A DNA stretch of 64,000 nt, taken from assembly GCA_003223555.1 (NCBI GenBank), contig QHVM01000082.1, positions 163,762 through 227,761 of the forward strand, in the 5' to 3' direction. The stretch is from Acidobacteriota bacterium. Lineage in GTDB: Bacteria > Acidobacteriota > Vicinamibacteria > Fen-336. The position numbers were made by a program, and so were the translations under genes. The notes beneath the pieces are model-generated. The model had not been told where the DNA came from, searched no databases, and saw only the letters and a program-made list of their open reading frames with translations. Of the stretch, positions 57,879-64,000 are shown one piece after another. Within the stretch, counting starts at the first letter, position 1. Every line of letters starts with the position of its first letter.

Positions 57879-58714
57879 CCACGCGGCGCGCCGCGCTCCT
57901 GCTCCTGCTGCCGGGCCTGGCCGTGCTCGCCGCGCTCTTCCTCGCGCCCCAGATCCTCATGCTCGAGTCCTCGCTCGGGCGGCGGTCGGTCTACGGCGGC
58001 GTGATCCACGAGTGGGGCCTCGGCAACTACCGCCGGGCCCTGGAGCCGCTCTACCTCGTCATCCTCGCCCGCAGCGTGGCTCTCGCCCTGGCCACCACGC
58101 TGCTGTGCCTGCTCCTCGCCTACCCGGTCGCCTACTGGCTGGGAAGGAAGGCCCCCCCGCGCGTCCGCAGCGCGCTGCTGGTGCTCGTGATCCTTCCCTT
58201 CTGGACGAGCTTCCTCGTGCGCATGTACGCCTGGATCTTCATGCTGCGCACCGAAGGTGTCGTGAACCTGCTCCTGGCCCACGTGGGCCTCGGCCCGCTC
58301 AACCTCCTCTACAACGACGCCGCGGTGCTGCTGGGGCAGGTCTACGGGGAGCTGCCGTTCATGATCCTTCCCCTCTACGCTTCGCTCGAGAAGCTCGACC
58401 GCGCGCTGCTGGAGGCGGCGGCCGACCTCGGCGCGGGGCCGGCCCGGGCGCTCTGGCGCGTGACCGTTCCCCTGAGCCGCCCCGGGATCGTAGCCGGCGC
58501 GGTGCTCGTCTTGATCCCCTCACTGGGGGCGTACCTGGCGCCCGACCTGCTGGGCGGCGCCCGTACGATGTACATGGGCACGCTCATCCAGAGCCAGTTC
58601 GCCGTCGTCCGTGACGCGCCCTTCGGGGCCGCGCTCTCGTTCCTGCTCTCGCTCGTCGTCCTGCTGCTGCTGGCCGTCTTCCGCCGCCCGCTGCGCGAGG
58701 CGGGGGGCGCGTGA
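57875..58714 (+). CDS. potB: Spermidine/putrescine ABC permease
   Basis: PFWTSFLVRMYAW, LPFMILPLY, EAAADLGA. Confidence 0.88.
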
Positions 58715-60528
58715 GGTCCGGCGGCGGAGCGCTCGCCGCGGTGAGCGCGGGCGTGTACCTGTTCCTCTACGCGCCGATCCTGGTGCTCGTCGCCTTCTCG
58801 TTCAACGCCGGCCGGCTCACCGCGGCCTGGACCGGCTTCACCCTGGACTGGTACGCCCGGGCCGCGCAGGACCCCCAGATCCTGGCCGCGCTGCGCAACA
58901 GCCTCAAGGTGGCCGTCACGGCGACGGCGATCGCGACCGCCGTCGGGACGGCGGCCGCGGTCGCGTTCCACCGCTGGCGCTTCCGCCGCCAGCCGGCGCT
59001 CGACACCCTGGTCACGCTGCCCATCGTGGTTCCCGAGATCGTGATGGCCTCCTCGCTGCTGCTGCTCTTCGCCGCCCTGCGCCTCCGGCTCGGCTTCCTG
59101 ACCGTGATCCTCGCCCACGTCGGCTTCTCCGTGTCCTACGCGGTGGTGGTCGTGCGCGCGCGGCTGGCCGGCTTCGACCGCAGCCTGGAGGAGGCCGCCG
59201 CCGACCTGGGCGCGACGCCGCTCCGGGCCTTCTTCCGGGTCACCCTGCCGCTCATCGCGCCCGGCGTGCTGGCCGCGGCGCTGCTGGTCTTCTCGCTGTC
59301 GATCGACGACTACGTGATCACCTCGTTCGTGGCCGGGGTCGGGTCCACGACGCTCCCCATCCAGATCTACTCCATGGTCAAGAGCGGGGTGTCGCCGGAG
59401 ATCAACGCCGTCTCGACCCTGCTCCTCGTGGCGACCAGCCTCCTCCTGTGGGCCGCTTCGCGGCTGGAGCGGGGCCGGCGGGGCTGGGGCACCGCGGTGC
59501 CGGTGGGGGCGGCCCTGGCCGTGCTCGGCGCGCCCTTCCTCCTGGGGCGTGGCCCGGCGGGCGGCGAGCGCGTCCTGAACCTCTACATCTGGTCGGCCTA
59601 CATCTCGCCCGAGACGCTGGCGAAGTTCGAGCGGCGGCAGGGCGCCCGCGTCAACGTGGACCTCTACGACAGCAACGAGGCCCTGATGGCCAAGGTGCAG
59701 GCGGGCAACGCCGGCTACGACGTCATCTGCCCCTCGAACTACGTGGTGCAGATCCTCCAGAAGCAGTCGCTGCTGCGCGCGCTCGACCACTCCGCCGTGC
59801 CGCACCTCCCGAACGTCGACCCGCGCTTCCTCGACCGCGACTTCGACCCCGGCAACCGCTACTCGGTCCCCTATTTCTGGGGCACGACCGGGATCGGCTA
59901 CGACAAGACGAAGACCGGGCCGGTCGATTCCTGGGGCGCCCTGTGGGACCCGCGCTTCAGGGGCCGCATCCTGATGCTCGACGACGGGCGGGAGGCGCTG
60001 GGAGCGGCGCTCAAGTGGAAGGGCTTCAGCCTCAACGCCACCGATCCCGCCTCCGTGCGCGCCGCCGAGCAGCTCCTGATCGTCCAGAAGCCGCTCGTGC
60101 GCACCTACAACTCGTCGAGCTTCGAGGACATCCTGCTCTCCCGCGACGTCTGGCTCGCCCAGGGCTGGAACGGCCAGTTCGCCAAGATCATGGGGATCGA
60201 CCCTCGCCTGGACTACGTCGTGCCCCGGGAGGGCTCGGGCCTGTTCATCGACAGCCTGGCCATCCCCGCCGGCGCCCCCCATCCCGAGCTGGCCCATGCG
60301 TTCATCGACTTCACGCTGGAGGCGGACATCGCGGCCGAGATCTGCCGCACGATGGGCTACTCGACGCCCAACCGGGCGGCGATGCCGCTGCTGCCGGAGT
60401 CGATGCGGCGCAACCCGGCCATCTTCCCGCCCGGCGACGTGCTCGCGCGGACCGAGACGATCCAGGACGTCGGCGAGGCCACGCTGCTCTACGACCGGGC
60501 CTGGACCGAGGTCAAGACCAGCCGCTGA
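58711..60528 (+). CDS. Fused PotC permease and PotD substrate-binding protein
   Basis: N-terminal FLYAPI...EEAAADLGA...PEINA; C-terminal LNLYIWSAYI, YDSNE, YSVPYFWGTTGI, PREG. Confidence 0.88.
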   Translation: MRSGGGALAAVSAGVYLFLYAPILVLVAFSFNAGRLTAAWTGFTLDWYARAAQDPQILAALRNSLKVAVTATAIATAVGTAAAVAFHRWRFRRQPALDTLVTLPIVVPEIVMASSLLLLFAALRLRLGFLTVILAHVGFSVSYAVVVVRARLAGFDRSLEEAAADLGATPLRAFFRVTLPLIAPGVLAAALLVFSLSIDDYVITSFVAGVGSTTLPIQIYSMVKSGVSPEINAVSTLLLVATSLLLWAASRLERGRRGWGTAVPVGAALAVLGAPFLLGRGPAGGERVLNLYIWSAYISPETLAKFERRQGARVNVDLYDSNEALMAKVQAGNAGYDVICPSNYVVQILQKQSLLRALDHSAVPHLPNVDPRFLDRDFDPGNRYSVPYFWGTTGIGYDKTKTGPVDSWGALWDPRFRGRILMLDDGREALGAALKWKGFSLNATDPASVRAAEQLLIVQKPLVRTYNSSSFEDILLSRDVWLAQGWNGQFAKIMGIDPRLDYVVPREGSGLFIDSLAIPAGAPHPELAHAFIDFTLEADIAAEICRTMGYSTPNRAAMPLLPESMRRNPAIFPPGDVLARTETIQDVGEATLLYDRAWTEVKTSR

Positions 60529-62633
60529 GCGGCGACGAGCGCCATCGCCCACAGCAGCGCCAGCCCGTAGAGCTCCCGCGAGAGCAGGAGCGCGGTGAGC
60601 CCGGGACGGGGCCCGCCGTCGTAGAAGGTCCACTGGTTGCCATAGGCGACGAGACCGAAGGCGAGCGCCAGGGCGAAGGCAGAGCCGGCGGAAAGGGGAC
60701 GCTGGGCGGCGCTGGCGACGAGGGCCAGGAACGTGATGGCGGTGACCGTCTCGTAGTGGATCCAGGCCGCCGGGACGGCCATCACCATCACGACGAGGAA
60801 GAGGCCGAAATGGAGGGCGGCGGCCGTCGAGCCTCGCTGGGGGCAGCGGCTCGCCGCGATCGCCGACGCGCCGGCGGCGAGCGCGAAACCCGCCCACGTC
60901 AGCAGGTCGATCGTGCGGTCGTGGACCGGCTCCGGCCGGCGCGCGGAGAGCAGCAGCCGGGCCAGGAAGCCGTTCCAGGTCTGGTTCTCCACCCACCCGG
61001 TGCCGCCGCCGATGCGGGGCAGGACCTCCGTCGCGTAGACGACGTGCTCGGGTCCGCCCAGGGCGGCGACGGCGACCGCATTCAGGACCACGAGCCAGGC
61101 CCCCGTCCAGGCCACGGCCTTCCATTCGCGCCGCGCGGCGAGGAACAGCGCCAGCACCAGCGGGTAGAGCTTGAGCAGCGTGGCCAGGGCGAGGGCGAGG
61201 CCGAGGAGGCCGTGGCGGCCGCGCTGGAACGCGACGAGCGCGAGCGTCCCGAGGAGCAGGATGACGATGTCGATCTGGCCGTAGGCGATCGTGTCGAAGG
61301 CCGGCTGCATGAGGCCGAGGACGGCGGCCACCCCGGCGACCGCGACGCCGGTCCCCACCCGGGCCCGGAGCCACGCGAAGAGGACGGCCGCCGCGGCGAG
61401 GTAGAGCACGACGTCGATCGCGCGGTCGATGCCGAGGGCGGTGCGCACCTCGAGCCGGGAGAACGGGAGCAGCAGCATGCCGTAGAACGGCGGCACCTTG
61501 AAGACGGCGCCGAAGTGGTTGGCCGCGACCTCGGCCGGCTTGTAGAGCGAGCCGCCCAGCGTGAAGTCGCGGGCGGCGGTCCACAGTGTCGTGAAGTCCA
61601 CCGCCGGCCGGTGGAAGGCCAGGACGGCGGCGCCGACCGCCTGCGCCGCGGCGCCGAGAGCGACGACGAGCAGGGCCGGCCTTTCCCGGGCCCGTGTCGC
61701 CGGCCAGGCGGCGACCACGGCCAGGCTGCCGAGCACGATGAGGCCGACCGTCCCCGCGACCACGGTCGGACAGAAGCGGTGCGTCTCCCAGCAGAGCGCG
61801 CCGTGATAGGCGACGAGCATCTGGTAGCCCACCACCATCAAGAGGACGAGCGCGCCCGGCGCGGCTTCTCCGGGCGGCTCCCACCAGCGACGGCCCGGGG
61901 AGCGGACGAGCGCCGCCCAGAGCAGCACCGCCGCGTGGGCGAGGACCACCCCGATCAGGAGCCGGTGGGTGAACGGCGCGACCTCGAGCGGCCGCCCGGC
62001 CGCGGCGATGGCCAGCAGCCCTCCGGCGACCGCGGGCCCCAGCCGTCCCGCCCGCGACGAGACGCGCAAGCGCCCGAGCAGCAGCGCGAGGGCGGCGGCG
62101 AAGGAGGGCAGCACGAAGAGCTGCCGCACCGGGGGCAGCGCCCACCCCGAGGGGGTCCACCCCACGCGCTCGACCGCGACCCCGCGCGCCCGGGCATCCC
62201 GGCCCCTCGTCCAGGCCGGCGAAGAGAGCACGACGCGCAGGTCCCCGCCCTCGAGCGCGGAGCGGGGGATCGTGGCCGACAACGTGCTCCGGCCGTGGAC
62301 GTCCGCGGCGAGCAGCGTCCGTCCACCGGCGCTCAGGCTGAGCGGGACCGGCGGCGCGTCCTCCGGCGTCCGCACCTGGAGCTGCAACACGCCGCCGCCG
62401 CGTCCGACCTGGGGAAGCGCGATCACGCTCGCGCGCTCGTCACGGCGGTGGCCGCCCTTGCTCCAGCGGTAAGGCACTCCGCCCCGCGTCTCGAGCTCGT
62501 GGAAGTTCTGGAAGACGACCGGGTCCTGCTCGCCGGCGGCGCGGCTCACGCCGGGGGTGAACGCATAGGCGGCGAGGAGCGTGGCGAGCGTGACCAGGCC
62601 CGCCGCCCCCGCGCTCGAGCGCAGGCGGCTCAC
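60489..62633 (-). CDS. GT87 (DUF2029)-like membrane glycosyltransferase with N-terminal extracellular domain
   Basis: DFTTLW...VPPF, GQID, LKLYP, NQTW, PAAWIHY. Confidence 0.7.
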   Translation of the reverse strand: MSRLRSSAGAAGLVTLATLLAAYAFTPGVSRAAGEQDPVVFQNFHELETRGGVPYRWSKGGHRRDERASVIALPQVGRGGGVLQLQVRTPEDAPPVPLSLSAGGRTLLAADVHGRSTLSATIPRSALEGGDLRVVLSSPAWTRGRDARARGVAVERVGWTPSGWALPPVRQLFVLPSFAAALALLLGRLRVSSRAGRLGPAVAGGLLAIAAAGRPLEVAPFTHRLLIGVVLAHAAVLLWAALVRSPGRRWWEPPGEAAPGALVLLMVVGYQMLVAYHGALCWETHRFCPTVVAGTVGLIVLGSLAVVAAWPATRARERPALLVVALGAAAQAVGAAVLAFHRPAVDFTTLWTAARDFTLGGSLYKPAEVAANHFGAVFKVPPFYGMLLLPFSRLEVRTALGIDRAIDVVLYLAAAAVLFAWLRARVGTGVAVAGVAAVLGLMQPAFDTIAYGQIDIVILLLGTLALVAFQRGRHGLLGLALALATLLKLYPLVLALFLAARREWKAVAWTGAWLVVLNAVAVAALGGPEHVVYATEVLPRIGGGTGWVENQTWNGFLARLLLSARRPEPVHDRTIDLLTWAGFALAAGASAIAASRCPQRGSTAAALHFGLFLVVMVMAVPAAWIHYETVTAITFLALVASAAQRPLSAGSAFALALAFGLVAYGNQWTFYDGGPRPGLTALLLSRELYGLALLWAMALVAAQRLVLTSVQARS

Positions 62634-62637
62634 CGCA

Positions 62638-63978
62638 CTAGCGGCCGCTGACCGTCATCCGGCGGATGCGCAGGGTGGGGGAGGCGGAAGAGCCCCGGAA
62701 GACGAGGTCGCGGCCGACCGCGTCGACCTCCAGCAGCATCTCCTTGAGGTTGCCGGCAATGGTCACCTCGTGCACGGGATGGGCGAAGCGGCCCTTGTCG
62801 ATCCACTGTCCGACCGCGCCTTGCGAGTAGTCGCCGGAGACGAGGTCGACGCCGAAGCCGATGAGGTCGGTGACGTAGAGGCCGCTCTCGACCCCGGCCA
62901 CGATCTCCGCGGGCGGCGTCTCGCCGGCGGCGAAGCAGAGGTTGGCCGGGCCGACCGTGGGCGCGCCGCCGACGCTGCGGCGGGCGCTGCCCGTGGGGCG
63001 CGCGCCGATCTTGCGCGCGGCGTAGCTGTCGCAGAGGTAGAAGCGCAGCACGCCCGCGTCGAGGGGAACGTTCCGGCGGGTGGGCAGGCCTTCTCCGTCG
63101 AAGGGCCGCGACCCCAGGCCGCGGAACGCCCGCCCCTCGTCGACGACCGTGAGCAGGGGGGAGGCGACCTGCTGGCCGAGACGGTCCTTCAGGAACGTGG
63201 CGTTGCGGAAGACGGAGTAGCCCGACAGCGCCCGGAAGACCTGGCCCAGCAGCTCCGCCGCGGTCTCGGGGTCGAAGACGACCGGCACCTCGCAGGTGGC
63301 GGCCTTGCGCGCGCCCAGCCGCCGCAGGGTGCGCGCCGCGGCCTCGCGCCCGACCTCCTCCGGCGCCTGCAGGTCACCCAGCCCGCGGCCGGTCGTGTAC
63401 CAGTAGTCGCGCTCCATCGCCCCGTCCCGCTCGGCCACCGGGACGACGGAGAGCGACACGCTGGAGGTGCGGTACTGGCCGGCGAAGCCGAGGCTGTTGG
63501 CGAGCACGACCGTGTCCTCGCCGGAGCCGTAGGTGGCGCCCTGGGAGTTGGTGATCTCGGGCGAGGCGGCCAGGGCGGCCGCCTCGGCCCGGCGGGCCCA
63601 CTCGATCCGCTCCGCGGTCGGCAGCGCGGCGGGAGACGGATCGAAAAGACCCAGCTCCAGCTCTTCCGGAGGTGCGACCTCGTCGGGCAGCCCCGCCGCG
63701 GGGTCCTCGCCGGTGACGCGGGCCATCTCGACGGTCTCCGCGACCAGGGCCGCGAGGGCCGAAGGGGAGAAGTCGGACGTGTAGCTGGTGGCGCTGCGCC
63801 GGCCCACGAAGGCGCGCAGCCCCAGCGCCTTGCTCCCTGCTTCCTTGAGGGTCTCCACCTCCCCCTTGCGCACCGTCACCGTGAAGTCCGTCCCCTCGCC
63901 GACGAGCACGTCGGCGGCGTCGGCGCCCTGGGCGCGCGCCTTGCGCAGCAGGTCGGCCGCGAGGTCGCGGTAGTCCAT
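62638..63978 (-). CDS. pmbA: PmbA/TldE family protein
   Basis: MERDYWY, SRPFDGEG, SGDYSQG, EVTIAGNL; lacks the HExxxH of TldD. Confidence 0.88.
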   Translation of the reverse strand: MDYRDLAADLLRKARAQGADAADVLVGEGTDFTVTVRKGEVETLKEAGSKALGLRAFVGRRSATSYTSDFSPSALAALVAETVEMARVTGEDPAAGLPDEVAPPEELELGLFDPSPAALPTAERIEWARRAEAAALAASPEITNSQGATYGSGEDTVVLANSLGFAGQYRTSSVSLSVVPVAERDGAMERDYWYTTGRGLGDLQAPEEVGREAAARTLRRLGARKAATCEVPVVFDPETAAELLGQVFRALSGYSVFRNATFLKDRLGQQVASPLLTVVDEGRAFRGLGSRPFDGEGLPTRRNVPLDAGVLRFYLCDSYAARKIGARPTGSARRSVGGAPTVGPANLCFAAGETPPAEIVAGVESGLYVTDLIGFGVDLVSGDYSQGAVGQWIDKGRFAHPVHEVTIAGNLKEMLLEVDAVGRDLVFRGSSASPTLRIRRMTVSGR

Positions 63979-64000
63979 CCGCCGCGATTCTGCCACGGTC

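Noticed and set aside
60489..60528. 3' overlaps of convergent genes (also 52381-52399)
   Set aside because: Short tail-to-tail overlaps are common in compact high-GC genomes.

Overview
Very GC-rich bacterial chromosomal window, densely coding and mostly housekeeping. TonB receptor and Kdo hydroxylase indicate a diderm; gene content looks Acidobacteria-like (inference). No rRNA, tRNA, transposase, phage or cas genes were seen. Highlights: (1) two probable selenoproteins that the ORF track splits at an in-frame TGA: a Bcp/PrxQ peroxiredoxin (TAG-U, TGA 7077-7079) and a two-domain thioredoxin-fold disulfide oxidoreductase (U-P-Y-C, TGA 19008-19006). Each TGA is followed 10-11 nt later by a similar GGCG-(GT loop)-CGCC SECIS-like hairpin. 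(2) A compact bacterial microcompartment operon: 1 BMC-H, 3 BMC-P, a class II aldolase with an encapsulation-peptide-like tail, a small Cys/His protein, a TRASH/YHS-like protein and a TPR protein, with no aldehyde dehydrogenase. (3) A dispersed and tandem family of ~105-nt structured intergenic elements (7 full and 2 short copies) whose stems covary around an RTGRA loop. (4) A rifampin-phosphotransferase-like dikinase with an extra C-terminal domain, translationally coupled to a CruF-like membrane protein. (5) A frameshifted lhr helicase. (6) A polyamine operon (patA-potA-potB-potC/D fusion) with a possible leader peptide. All assignments come from motif recognition by eye; no searches were run.
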